This document shows, one piece after another, positions 12,578 through 24,700 of a stretch of DNA of 64,000 nucleotides; position 1 is the first letter of the stretch, and every line of letters starts with the position of its first letter. The notes below the pieces were generated by a model. That model saw only the letters and a list, made by a program, of their open reading frames with translations, did not search any database and was not told the origin of the DNA. The position numbers and the translations under genes were made by a program. The DNA comes from Octopus sinensis (lineage: Eukaryota), in assembly GCF_006345805.1 (NCBI RefSeq), contig NC_042997.1, forward strand, positions 66,712,001 through 66,776,000. Direction: 5' to 3'.

Positions 12578-12806
12578 CAGGCTTCTTTCAGTTTTCGTCG
12601 ACCAAATCCACTCACAAGGCTTTAGTTGGCCCAAAGCTGTAGTAGAAAACACTTGCCCAAGGTGCCAAGCCATGGGACTGAACCTGGAACCATGTGGTTG
12701 GGAAGCAATCTTCTTACCACACAGCCTGGTAATGCATGATTAATTCAAACCAATGTGAATAAATAAATTTTACATTTGACAAAGTAATCTGAATGCTAAA
12801 GAGTTA
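12147..12806. mobile_element. TTAA-flanked MITE interrupted by a SINE (12311-12726)
   Basis: ttgaccctttaacatt ... gaatgctaaagagTTAA. The halves match the 45.8-kb copy. Confidence 0.65.
12311..12726 (-). mobile_element. SINE family A copy
   Basis: Same modules as 10401-10895. Nested in a MITE. Confidence 0.8.
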
Positions 12807-13612
12807 AGCAAAGAAGTAATATGTAGCATGTGTATCTAACAGTTTGGTATTAAAGACTTTGTTAAAGTGATTGGGATGGCTTTGGCTGCAGTATATTATA
12901 CAGCTGCTCTATTGTATGTTAATCAGTCTCTCATTCTTTTCAGTTCAATTCAGCACTTAATTTTTCAATAAAAGATATACAAGTAATATACTGAGATGAT
13001 TCCTTTGATTGTATTCTTCATTAAAAAAAAGCAAAAAAAAAAAAAAAAAAAAGCATGACCTTAAATAGTACCATATCATTATTAACTAACATTATTGATT
13101 GGTATCATTAAGTTGTAGGTCAGTTCTGACCAAGCAGACTTCTCATTACAAGCAGTTCACCTGTGACCATCCTGTTTTCTTTTCCCAAACATAGTGTCAT
13201 CTACATTTAGATTAACCAATGTATTATTGATTCAGTATTTGTAGTGAAGTTTAAAATAGTATGCAATCAAATTAAAATGTATTATCCTGTGTAATTTAAT
13301 CTCTTTTGGATCGTATATCAAATCTTATTAATCTTTTCAAATTCAATAAATTGCATACCAGTTGTATTCTAGGATCAATTCAGTCGTTTATATTCCAATC
13401 TCAATAGAAAGACAGGCTTTGTGTTTAGTCAAAAATCATCATCATCGTCATTGTCATCATCATCATCATTGTTGTCATCGTCAATATTGTTATCATTATC
13501 ATCATCATCATCATCATCATCACCACAATCATCATCATTTTATGTCTATTTTCCCTACTAGCGTAGAATGATATAATTAATTTGAAAGAGGTCAGTGCTG
13601 CAATAGAATGAA

Positions 13613-14123
13613 TATCATAAATCCTCGAGTATAATCCGCATTTTTTTCCCAAAATTTAAAGGTCAAAATCCCTAGTGTGTACTGTATACGAGGTTAAAAA
13701 TGATTATTTTCTAAGTAATGTTCGAGTCTCTATTTGCTGTCCAGCAGTTTATTCAGACGCATTTTGTTATGCCGGGTGTAAAAATACCTTAAGCTAAGCC
13801 TGAAAGCAATGAAGTCATAAAAGAATCATCCATGACTTGCAGTAAGCAACATTTATTAAATGTTATTACTGTTATTTCTTTATTTTCTGCAAACAAAATG
13901 CACAAAAAAGCTACACGTTTGCATTATGTTATATATACAATAATAATAAAGGACGTTACCATATACATTTTTATAAACCAAGGACATTATGTAGACCTCC
14001 TTGACTCAAGTTAGAGAAGAGGTGCGTATTATACACAAGGTTTTGGTTTTTCAGAGGTACAGCCCCCTAAAAATCCCCTGTGTATTATACTCAAGGGCGA
14101 ACTATACTCGAGGATTTACGGTA
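13613..14123. mobile_element. Non-autonomous pogo/Tigger-type MITE (~510 bp)
   Basis: Inverted termini ta(tca)taaatcctcgagtata and tatactcgaggatttacggta, TA ends, no coding capacity. Confidence 0.75.
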
Positions 14124-14475
14124 GTATCATACATCCATATATCTACAGCATATACATTTGTAATCTCATGCTTAAGTAAGAAAACAAGATCAGTAATCTT
14201 TTATCTTTTATGTTTTGGTCAGCCTGAAGCTATAGTAGAAGACACTTGCCCAAGGTTCCATGCAGTTGAACTGAATCCAGAACCATATGGTTGGGAACCA
14301 AACTTCTTACCACACAGTCACACCTGCACCTATAGTCACACCTGCATCTATAACAACACCTGTGCCTATAGCTACACTTCCCCCTATTATTATATAGAAT
14401 TCATAAATATCTTGCTTAAAATGAATAATGATAAAACATTATCTTGGAAATAAAAAATATTGACTCGTATAAAGA

Positions 14476-16591
14476 TGTAACAGGATGAGAGACCCCCACA
14501 CTGGATGGGTTCAGCTCGCATCCTTTACATTAAACGCTAATCGAAGAAAGAGTCAAGTATTCCGATTAACTTCATCATCATCATCATCATCATCGTTTAG
14601 CGTCCGTTTTCCATGCTAGCATGGGTTGGACGGTTCTACTGGGGTCTGTGAAGCCAGAAGGCTTCATCAGGCCCAGTCAAATCTGGCAGTGTTTCTACGG
14701 CTGGATGCCCTTCCTAACGCCAACCACTCCGAGAGTGTAGTGGGTGCTTTTTACGTGCCACCCGCACAGGTGCCAGACAGAGCTGGCAAACGGCCACGAA
14801 CGGATGGTGCTTTTTATGTGCCACCGGCACGAGGGCCAGGCGAGGCTGGCAACGGACACGAAACAGGGCAGTGCTGGCAACGGTCGCGAAACAGAAGGTT
14901 CTCTTACATGCCACCGGCACTGGTAACACATCTGCAATTTCCATTGATCGATTTCGATTCTGATCCTCACTTGCCTCAACGGGTCTTCACAAGTAGAGTT
15001 TCGACATGCCACCGGCACTGGTAACACATCTGCAATTTCCATTGATCGATTTCGATTCTGATCCTCACTTGCCTCAACAGGTCTTCACAAGTAGAGTTTT
15101 GTGTCCCAAGAAGGGAAGGTATGCATACGTAGGCTGGCTCCATCCCATGTAGAAGGCCACGGGTTATGGACTCACTTGTCCTGCCGGGTCTTCTCGCGCA
15201 CAGCACACTTCCAGAGGTCTCGGTCTCTAGTCATTTCCTCAGTGAGACCTAAAGTTCGAAGGTCATGCTTCACCACCTCGTCCCAGGTTTTCCTGGGTCT
15301 GCCTCTTCCACAGGTTCCCTCAACCGCTAGGGTGTGGCACTTTTTCACACAACTATCTTCATCCATTCTCTCCACATGACCATACCAGCGCAAACGTCTC
15401 TCTTGCACACCACAACTGATGCTTCTTAGGTCCAGCTTTTCTCTCAAGGAGAATGCATCCTCATTTAGCGCAAGTGAACCATCTTCCATGCGAACACACT
15501 TCTCTCCTACCACATCATGATTCTCTCTCACACACGGTCTTGCAATGCGAAACACCTCCAGTCTTTGGTCCTCACGGCGCAGAACATTGGCAAATTTTTT
15601 CTTATCTGCTTCCCCTCTGGCTAAATAAACCTGTCTCCTAGCTTCTCTTTTGGCAGTCTGATACAATTCCCTGCTACCCCCATTTTTCCAGACCTTCCAA
15701 GCCTGTCTCTTTTCTCTAATAGCCCTGTCTACAATATTGTTCCACCACCACGTTATTCTAGGTCGAGAGGGGACTTTGCACCAGCCACAGATCTGGTCAG
15801 TGGCTCTCAGCAGGTTGTCCCTTAGAAACGTCCAGCTGTCTTCTACCCCCTGTGATGCTCTATCCCCTTCTACTTCGTCAGAGGCTTCAAGTAATATGTC
15901 CCTAAATCTCTGTCCATTTGCAGGATCTTTAAGCTTCCAGATCCTTCTTCTCCATATTGGTCGTCTTCTGGTTGTCCTCCTAGTTCTGATCCTAAAGTCA
16001 CTAACTACCAGTCTATGTTGTGGGGTACATTCTTCACCTGGGAAGGTTTTGGCATTTATAAGCAGCCATCTCTCCCTTTGCCTTGCAAGGATGTAGTCAA
16101 TTTGGCTGGTATGTTGGCCCGATCGGTAAGTGACTAGGTGGCTGGTAGGTTTCCTGAAGTTAGTGTTGCAAATCATAAGATTATTTGCATCGCAGAACTC
16201 CAGCAGCCTGGTTCCCTCGTCGTTGCGGGAGCCATAGCCATAGCCTCCATGTACGCTATGGAAGCCCCCATTTATTTCTTGATTCGCAATATATGTACAT
16301 TCTTTCTTTCTGGGCGAATCGGCAGCCTAGGAGCTTATTGCAGTAGTCAAGTGGAGTGAGCCAAATCCTGTCCATTCAAGCATAGTGGAGATACGCCACG
16401 AGGTAGAAGCTTGAGAGAGCTGATAGAACACGACTGTCTTGTTCAGCTGCTGGCGTTCAAGAGAACGATACGAGGGAATTTTGCTGCTGCTAGTTTTCTG
16501 CTCATGCACATGAGGGAACTTCCGGCTGGCCTCCCAGAAGATTCTAATTCTGCGCATGCATGCTGGAGATTTCCAAGATGGCGTCACAACA
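14476..16591 (-). mobile_element. Probable solo LTR (~420 bp, Gypsy-like) split by the RTE insertion
   Basis: On the minus strand it begins TGTTGTG (16591) and ends GTTACA (14476). AAGA lies on both flanks (14472-14475, 16592-16595). AATAAA at 16271-16276 (-). CpG-rich. Confidence 0.6.
14572..16270 (-). mobile_element. RTE-clade LINE, 5'-truncated, with an in-frame internal deletion of the RT domain
   Basis: ORF 15172-16176 carries APE endonuclease motifs (GxRNDEGxRLLEF just upstream, NTNFRK, QIDYIL, QHRLVVSD) fused to the RTE C-terminus (RLRWYGHVERM...GRGRPRKTWDEVV). Long 3' UTR ends in a (GAT)n tail. Confidence 0.95.
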
Positions 16592-16674
16592 AAGATATTG
16601 GACTGACTTTATGCAAACAAGAAAATCTCAGAAAAAGTTAAATTATATTTGTTTTTTTATTGTCTACCTTTTAT

Positions 16675-17003
16675 TATTTACCTGTTGCAGTCATTAGACT
16701 GTAGCCATGCTGGACAACACCTTGAAGAATCTTGGTCAACTGAATCAACCCCAGTACTCATTTTTTAAAATTCTGGTACTTATTCTATTGATCACTTTTG
16801 CTGAACTGCTAAGTTACAGGAATGTATACATACCTACACCAGTTATGAAGTGGTGGTGAGGGACACACACACACACTTACAATGGGGTTTTTTTAGTTTC
16901 TGTCTACCAAATCTGCTCACAAGGTATTTACCCAAGGTGTTATGTGGTGGGACAGAACCTGAAACAATGTAGTTGAAAAACAAACTTCTTACCACACAGC
17001 CAT
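16675..17003 (-). mobile_element. SINE family A copy
   Basis: Same modules as 10401-10895. Confidence 0.75.
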
Positions 17004-17344
17004 ACTTACGTCTATGATATATCATCAGTTTTTTTAAATGCAATTTGAAGGATTACTGTAGTATACTTCAATATTACATATTTTGTCCATTAAGATTTTT
17101 TTATGTGTAAACTTCTTTCCTTGAATTTCAACAGTTTATTTAAGCAACATATACGAGAAACAATATATTGAACTTGACAGGCTCCAAAAATTTGCTCCAA
17201 AAATTTGCCAGGAGCCTTTGGAAAATTTTGTAGCATCTCATATTTTCAAACTTCAATTTATCATATTTTTCAAATTTAGTGCTCCCCCCCTACCTCTCTC
17301 TCTCTCCTGTGCTTGTGCCAAATTAAAAGTACTAAGTCCACTCT

Positions 17345-17505
17345 GCTGAGTGGTTGGTGTTAGGAAGGCCATCCAGCTGTAAAAACCCTACCAAAAGAGT
17401 CACAGATGTCTGGGGCAGGCTTCCACCTGGCAGGCTCTTGTGGTACCGTCCTACCCATGCTAGCATGGAACACGGATGTTAAATGATGATGATGATGATG
17501 ATGAT
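17345..17505 (+). mobile_element. RTE 3' terminal module (+ orientation)
   Basis: ggttggtgttaggaaggccatccagctgtaaaa...gcatggaacacggatgttaaa(tga)n. Confidence 0.7.
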
Positions 17506-17939
17506 GGTGAGTGCAAGTAAACAAAACCCATCTTACTGTTATTAGAGCAATAAACAGAAGTTGTTCACTACAAAGGTTACCCTATTGTTATTATCGTTCC
17601 AATTAAGAGAATTAATATTAATATAAAATAGTTGACAAAAGTAATCACCATTATTGTTGTCCTCAACATCATCGTCATCATAAGTATCATTGCCATCATT
17701 AAGGTCATAGGCCCCATAATCAATCACATTATTGTCATACCCTACTTTTCATTCTTCTCTTCATACACATTGTTATAGTTGTCACTCTAATCAACAAGAC
17801 CAAATTAAATAAATTAAGTACATTATAAATAGCTGCAACCAACTTTAGGTTTGACCTAAATACACATTGATACATATATTCATATGGACCACATACTTCA
17901 TGCTCACACACACACACACATATTTATATATACATATAT

Positions 17940-18212
17940 CATCAGCAGCAGCAGCAGCATCATCATCGTTTAACATCCGCTTTCCATGCTAGCATGGATT
18001 GGATGATTTGACTGAGGTCTGGCGAACCAGATGGCTGCACCAGACTCCAATCTGATCTGGCAAAGTTTCTACAGCTGGATGCCCTTCCTAACACCAACCA
18101 CTCTGAGAGTGTAGTGGGTGCTCTTACGTGCCACCAGCACAAGTGCCAGTAAAGCGCTGCAGGTAACAATCATACTCGAATGATTTTTTTTACGTGCCAC
18201 CGGCACAAAGGC
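17940..18212 (-). mobile_element. RTE 3' terminal module
   Basis: catcatcgtttaacatccgctttccatgctagc...ctggatgcccttcctaac, with two hairpin-motif repeats. Confidence 0.75.
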
Positions 18213-18213
18213 T

Positions 18214-18267
<54 letters not shown>

Positions 18268-18303
18268 GTAGTAATGTAGGAAAGTACAATTCAACTTGAC
18301 ACA

Positions 18304-19142
18304 TACATGATGGGGTACTAAAAAGTTCCTGGCTTTTGGTGAAAGAAAATATAGGAGGATCAGTTAATTATGGTTTTATTCAACATATCCTCCTCTCAGA
18401 TTCACTTCTGCTGTTTACAGCAGTGCTTGGAAGGTACATGTGTAGCATGTGGTCATCGCAATGACTATGACAGTGAAAGTTTAGCTGAGAAATTGCATCA
18501 AATTTTGCCAAAAGCTTGGTGATATCTGCTCAGATGCCTATGCAAAGTTTCCAAAAGGTTTCAACATTCTCAACACACTCAAGGAGATCTTGTGCAACTG
18601 AAACCTAAGTGTCTTTTTGGTCAGCTGAAAGGAATTTTAGCACAAACTTGGCAGACATGCTTCTCATACCCCAATCTTCAGTGATAATGGACTGAACTGG
18701 ACCGTACCTAATCTGCACATCCTCTGATAACTCACGGATGGTGATTCGACGATTTCCCCTCACAGCTGCACAGACTACTGTGCTGTTTTCCTCAGTTCAG
18801 CTGGCTGCAGTTCTCCCAGAACATTTGTCAATATCAACATTTTTTGGCTATCTTTGAAACTTCTGAACCACTCGTACACTTGTGTGTGGTTCATACACTC
18901 CTTTCCATACACTTTCTGCAACTTTGCGTAAGGCTTCTGAGCAGGTATCACCATGACAACTTTCTCTGTCATGGCCAATGCAACGATCACACATTTCACA
19001 TCTTCCTTCAAAGCACTGCTGTAAACAGCAGAAGTAAGCTACCATATTAAAACTTAGTGGACATGCACAGCAGAGTTCAAGGTCAATCTGTGCCAAGTGA
19101 CTTCACTCTGCATGCTTCATTACTATGTCAACAGACCTCGTA
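18304..19142 (-). mobile_element. Mariner relic (Mos1/SETMAR-type HTH region)
   Basis: YAKLQKVYGKECMNHTQVYEWFRSFKD. Ends resemble TACGAGG-type mariner termini (right end ...cagacctcgta). Confidence 0.8.
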
Positions 19143-19363
19143 TATATATATATATAGGGGTTAGAGTTAAATGAGAGACTAGTGTAAATGATAAGTGCTG
19201 TAATGGATTGCTAGGGCTCCACAGTTATAGCCGAGATGGTAGTTATGGAGTCATTGCTGATTTCTGGTATAGCAGATATATAATTGTTAAATAAGACAAC
19301 AAACGTTAAGGCAAGGCAAACATCTCAAGTCATATGCATTATTATTATTGGAAAAAATTCAAA

Positions 19364-19420
19364 GTCTTACAGCTGTTTCTGAGATATCCCCAAATATATG
19401 GATATTCCATCATCAGAAAC
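19364..19420 (-). ncRNA. Penelope-type minimal type I hammerhead ribozyme motif, core intact
   Basis: GUUU-CUGAUGA-UGGAAUAUCC(auauauuugg)GGAUAUCUCA-GAAACAGCUGUA-AGAC. Stem II is AUAUCC/GGAUAU plus outer pairs, stem III is the palindrome ACAGCUGU, the cleavage triplet is GUA, and stem I is GUUU/AGAC. Confidence 0.7.
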
Positions 19421-21002
19421 AAATAGGGAAAACGAGAATGGTATATATTAAGGAGATGATGACATGGAGGAAGGGAGTAAAGAAATAAGGAGATGAAGAG
19501 AGAGAAGAAAAAAGAAGTGTAAAAGTTCATAGTTCAACTTTCCAATGTTGTAGACACAAGAGCCTAAGTCCTTGTGTAGTTCAGCTTTCCGATGTTGTAG
19601 AAACAAAAGCATAAGTCCCTAGGAATTCTGCATAGATCCAAGTGAGTTAAAATCCTGATATAGTAAACATCCAGAGAAAAAAGATGCGAACATATCTCGT
19701 TATGTTATCTATCCTCAAGTACCATCCACACCCTGTATATACATACATATATATATATTTATTGAAATATATTCATATAGAGCATAAAAATACAGAATGC
19801 TAAGAAGAGAATACATAATTTCTTAACTTGACAGCTGTTTCAGGAAGCTTAGAGTTATGTAATAATCATAATGTTCATAATTTTCTGATAGAATATGCAA
19901 AATGTCTTAGATATGCAGCCAGTAAACAGTCACATTGAAATATTACAATAATTCCAGCTTCCTTCAGCAAGAGAAAGATGGCAAAAGCATTTCATGTAAT
20001 AGTGCCAGAGATTTAAATAGTTGAAGGGAGAAAGGAAGAAGAATGAGAACAAAAGGCAGGAAGAAGGAAGAGGAATTCTATGACATTGGGGGAACAGAGA
20101 GAGGAGGAGAGGAGGTAAAGTTAAGGTCCATGTGGTGAAAAGGAGCACCACTGATGGTCAAGTGAATCTCACTAAGCAGACAATAAATTAGTTAGGGATG
20201 GTAGCTGACCAATAGAGGAACTGGAAGAGATAAGCAAAGAACAAAAGGAATGTGGCAGGAGTAATGGAGGAGAAAGGTATGCTAAGATTTGGAGAATGGT
20301 AAAAAAAAGAATAGAGAAAGAAAATGCTGCTAGCATAGCTAAGTAATAAGTAAGAGCTTAACTGCAAATAGGAGAAACCACAAAGACTTTATATAATGGG
20401 TAAAAGTGGAATAAATCTTGTACTTATATGAGGTTATGTGAGAGAACCTATTGAGTTAACAAGGTATTATGATGGTGAAGAATTGCAGGTGATTCCCAGC
20501 AACACAACTTACAAGCACTGTGGTTAGTGTTGTGCAGGGAAATTCCACAGACTACTGACCGGGATAAGGTACAGGGAATATTCTGGGACTTGCAGGAATG
20601 TATGTATGTAGCTAGGGATGCAGAAAGTTTAGATGACTCATCATGGAGGAAGATGTAGAAGGTTTGGGCACCAGGCCAGTAACCTGGCTCTGTAAAAATC
20701 AGGAATCACTAAAGAAATGGCAGGAGTAATTCAAAGGAACAATAGACATGAGAAGATAGGTGATGGAGAAATGCTACTTATAACAGATCCTAATGAAAAT
20801 TGAAAGGAAGTTAGGGCCTCAATGAATCCACTTCTAAGTGCCAGTTACCTACTAACCACTCAATGTGCCTAACAGCAAAGGAGAACTAGTGCTAAATAAA
20901 TATATTGACACACACACACACACACATACATGCACATACACATACACATGTGCATACATATATATATAGACATATATTTACATGTAAATGTATGCATGCA
21001 TA

Positions 21003-21790
21003 TATACATACATCATAATCATCGTTTAACGTCTGTTTTCCGTGCTAGCATGGGTTGGACGGTTCAACTGGGGTCTGGTAAGCTAGGAGGCTGCACCAGG
21101 CTCCAGTCTGATCTGGCAGTGTTTCTACAGCTGGATGCCCTTCCTACCGCCAACCACTCCGTGAGTGTAGTGGGTGCTTTTTACATGCCACCGGTACAGG
21201 TATCACAACTACTATTTCCATTTGATATTCATTTTGATGTTGATATACTTGACTCAATAGGTCTCCTCAAGCACAGCAGATCATGTGCCACCGGCACAGA
21301 AGCCAGTCAAGGCAGCACTGGCATTGGCCACGTTCGGATGGTGCTTTTCACGTGCCGCTGGCACAGGTATCGTAACTACAATTTCCATTGATATTTATTT
21401 TGATACTGATGTACTTGACTCAATAGGTCTCCTCAAGCACAGCAGGTCACCCTACAATCCAAGGTAAGCACAGCAGGTTGTTCTGCAATCCAAGGTACTT
21501 TGGATGGGCTGGGGCTATGCGAAACTGGTGCAGGAAGCAGCCCGGGTCTTTGCAGTCACAGCATATCTCCAGAGATCTCGGTCTTTCATCATTGCCTCTG
21601 TGAGGCCCAATGTTCGAAGGTCACGCTTGACTACTCATCCCATGTCTTCCTGGGTCTACCTCTCCCTCTGATACCTTCAACTGTTTGGGAGTGGCACTTC
21701 TTCACAAAACTCTCCTCATCCATCTGCAGTATATGACCATATCAGCGCAAATGTCTCTCTTGCACACTACATCTGATGCTTCTTATGTCC
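21003..21790 (-). mobile_element. RTE LINE 3' end, older subfamily
   Basis: Same terminal module (ctggatgcccttcct...gtgggtgctttttac). The right part encodes a degenerate RTE C-terminus (GRGRPRKTW-like). Confidence 0.85.
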
Positions 21791-24700
21791 AGCATTTCTC
21801 TCAGAGCGCTTACACTCCATCATGCATGCACACTGACATTACACATCCATTACACATACATTTTCTTTTATTCATTTCAGCTATGTGGCTGTGGTCATGC
21901 TTGTGTATATTATGTATATATATATGTACATGTTTGCGTGTATGTGTATATATACTTTATTTAAAAGCAGCAGAAATATAAGAAAAGCTGTTACTCAGAG
22001 TTTCACGTTCCCATTTGTCGGACAGTTTTGTTAAAATATCTATGTATGTATGTATGTATGTATGTATGTATGAGCGAAATTTACTGAATTCATTACAAAA
22101 CTGTTCATAATTTGATAATCTATTCTTCCTTTCACTTCAGCTAAGAAGAGAAGATACATGTGATTAAAACACTAGGCCACACAGATGTTATAAATGAGAT
22201 TGAACTGAAAGTATGAGATCAGCTTAAAACGATTAAGATGATCGTAAGTCAGTTTATAAGAGCATGCTAGCAGTAATCAGCGGAGGTTCAACAAGGGAAT
22301 TGCCTTCTAGGCATGACTGTTGCTTCACAGAATAACCAGGGAGGTTTATATACAGTTGTTACCAAATAAGTAGTGTAATAATAGCCTTTTGCTTGCCTTG
22401 CTATATTTTTGGGGTCCCTTTTTAGTGTTTTCTAATATTATGTTGTTATTTGAAATTATTGAAGATTCAAGTTGAGATTTCTTTCTTGTTTCCATGTAAA
22501 ATATCTTTATTTTCACTGCCATTCTTTTTTGGTTTACCTGATTAAACAGAAGTGCATATGGATATACATACTTACATCCATATCGCATTGAAAGTACTGG
22601 TTCTCATTTGATCACTGAAGTTAAGCAATATTGATCCTAGTTAGATGAGTGGTTGCTTTGGGAAACCTAGGTTCTGTAAGCATCTAACTTTTGTCCAACG
22701 AACGTTAAATGGTGATGATGATGATTCAAAACAAGATACACTAAAACACTGCTGTTAAGCCAATGAAAGTGGCTTCTTTGTGGTCACTCAACCTGCAAAA
22801 AACAGCAGTCCAATAGCTCTCAATTACACTTTACTATCTGAAGAAAAGAATGTTGCATTGGATAATGTAGCATGTTATGTATGTTTGAAAAGAAAAAGAG
22901 ACTAGATGATCACATCTGGAATGTCTGTGACCCTAGATCTGCTCATTTAAGACCAACCTGTAACTTAACAACAACAACAGCAGCAGCAGCAATAACAATA
23001 ACAACACCAACAAAACAATTTTGTTAAAAGAAAGAAAGTGAAGATATATGTGAGTTTACTTGTATTTAAGAGTTCATGGAAATGCCATTTCACAATGAAG
23101 TTAGTGATATATTTATTTGTTTGCTACTGAAGGGTACCAGACATTTTGAAGCTTTTAATCAAACAATCTCTGGAAAATGTTGACAAAGACTCTGAACTCA
23201 GATTGAAAATCAATAAAAGGCCACTGAGTTCATATCTACAGAGAAACTAATGTTAAGAGATCTATTCTGTACTGTTAAGAACATATAGGACAGTGAAAGT
23301 AATACATGGAACTGATTTTGAGAGATATTTCAGTCAATATAAGGCAAATATATTATAGATGGATGCCTGTGTATGACAAGTTTAATATGGAATGGACAAT
23401 TGTATACACTCACACACTCACTCACACGCGTGTGCTAGTCACTCAATGCAGCAGCAAGGGACCTTTTATGTTGTCAGTTGCTTGACCCTCTAGAAACACC
23501 AGTCAAATCTCTTTCAAATCACTACCCACTGTCTAAAAAAAACACATTAGATAATTAGTTCTGGGTCACATGTACATTGAGAAAGGGCTTGATAGTTATG
23601 ATTAGAATAGCTTTGATCACAGATCTTTTTAATCTAAGCTGACTTGTGACTAAACAACAACAATGACCAGTATTAGAAATTGGAGCAAGTCAAATGCAAA
23701 AAGTACCAAAAAGTATCAAGTCTGGTCTGAAGTTGAACACACTGTAATAATCTGGTACCCATTCCTAACAGCCAGATGAACTGTCACTAGGGATAAGGTA
23801 TTCTGACTATAAACATAAAATCTCATAAACAGAATGAGATTTGAACAATATAGATGCTGCAGTTTGGTGTGGATCTGGTCTGAAACTGTCCCTTCTTTTA
23901 TGATATAAACTACCTGTTTCAAAGTGATCTGAATTAGAACCTTTCATCAAAATTTCATGTTAATTTGTTTCATACATCATCTTAATACCATCTTAATAAT
24001 GACAAAGTATTTTACTGAATTCTTCATTATTTTATAAACAATTTGAAAGAAAGGTAGTGTATGTCTATGGAAATATGGAAGCAAAAGGGTTATATGACCC
24101 ACAAGTGTCAAACAAATAGAAAGACTTCATCTTCATGTAGTATGCTAGAAACAAATTATCCTGGGGGAGCTCATTTCACTCTCCTCAGATTTAGTTTTTA
24201 ATGGATTTGTCAGAAAAAGGGCAGTTTCTATGGGGGATTCCATGACTGGTGCAAAGTTATCCTCAAATAGTTGACCTGGCCCAAATGCATGTAACGGAGT
24301 AAACTCTGCTAAAGCCCCACCAAGGGCCAGGTATTGGTGTCAAACTGAGTGACAACAGAAATTGCAGAAACTGGATAAAGAAAAATTAAATGATGACGGC
24401 ACAGTAAAGAACCATAACTGCATCATAGTACACCTCCCAATACATTATGACATTCAATTAGTCATCTTATTTCTGCACTATAAATATAATAAACTAATTT
24501 TGGGAGACATTTCAAGCATCTATAAGATGCTAAATATATTCAAAGATATTCCAAAAGTATATGACCGAAAACTGTGTTTTGAATACTTTGGTCCTGGGTA
24601 TGACTTTAAACAGCATCTCATGGGTGGGGGTCCCTGGTTTGGGAGTTCCAGGGTTTTGCAGAATGTAGAACTACCTCTTAGTTACTATTCTTCCCAGCTC

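Noticed and set aside
13362-13652. Poly-His/poly-Met ORFs, and the poly-Ser/Pro/Ala ORFs at 28856-29162
   Set aside because: Trinucleotide tracts and retroelement tails, not coding.
14655-14675. CUGAUGA followed by a hairpin in the RTE 3' UTR (minus strand)
   Set aside because: No GAAA box follows, and other copies read cctggtgcagcc at this position, so it is not a hammerhead.
19199-19742. Possible solo LTR (TGTAAT ... TATACA)
   Set aside because: No matching TSD; the hammerhead motif points to a PLE-type unit instead.
20150-20870. Purine-rich stretch resembling an old LINE on the minus strand (also 24800-25140 and 51700-52330)
   Set aside because: Too degenerate to read diagnostic motifs, so no call was made.
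22358-23810. Phase-compatible minus-strand exon candidates (EWVPDYYSVFNFRPDLILF; YELSGLLLIF...; GKPKKNGSENKDILHGNKKEIST-stop)
   Set aside because: Weak donors and no recognisable protein; such chains are easily built by chance.
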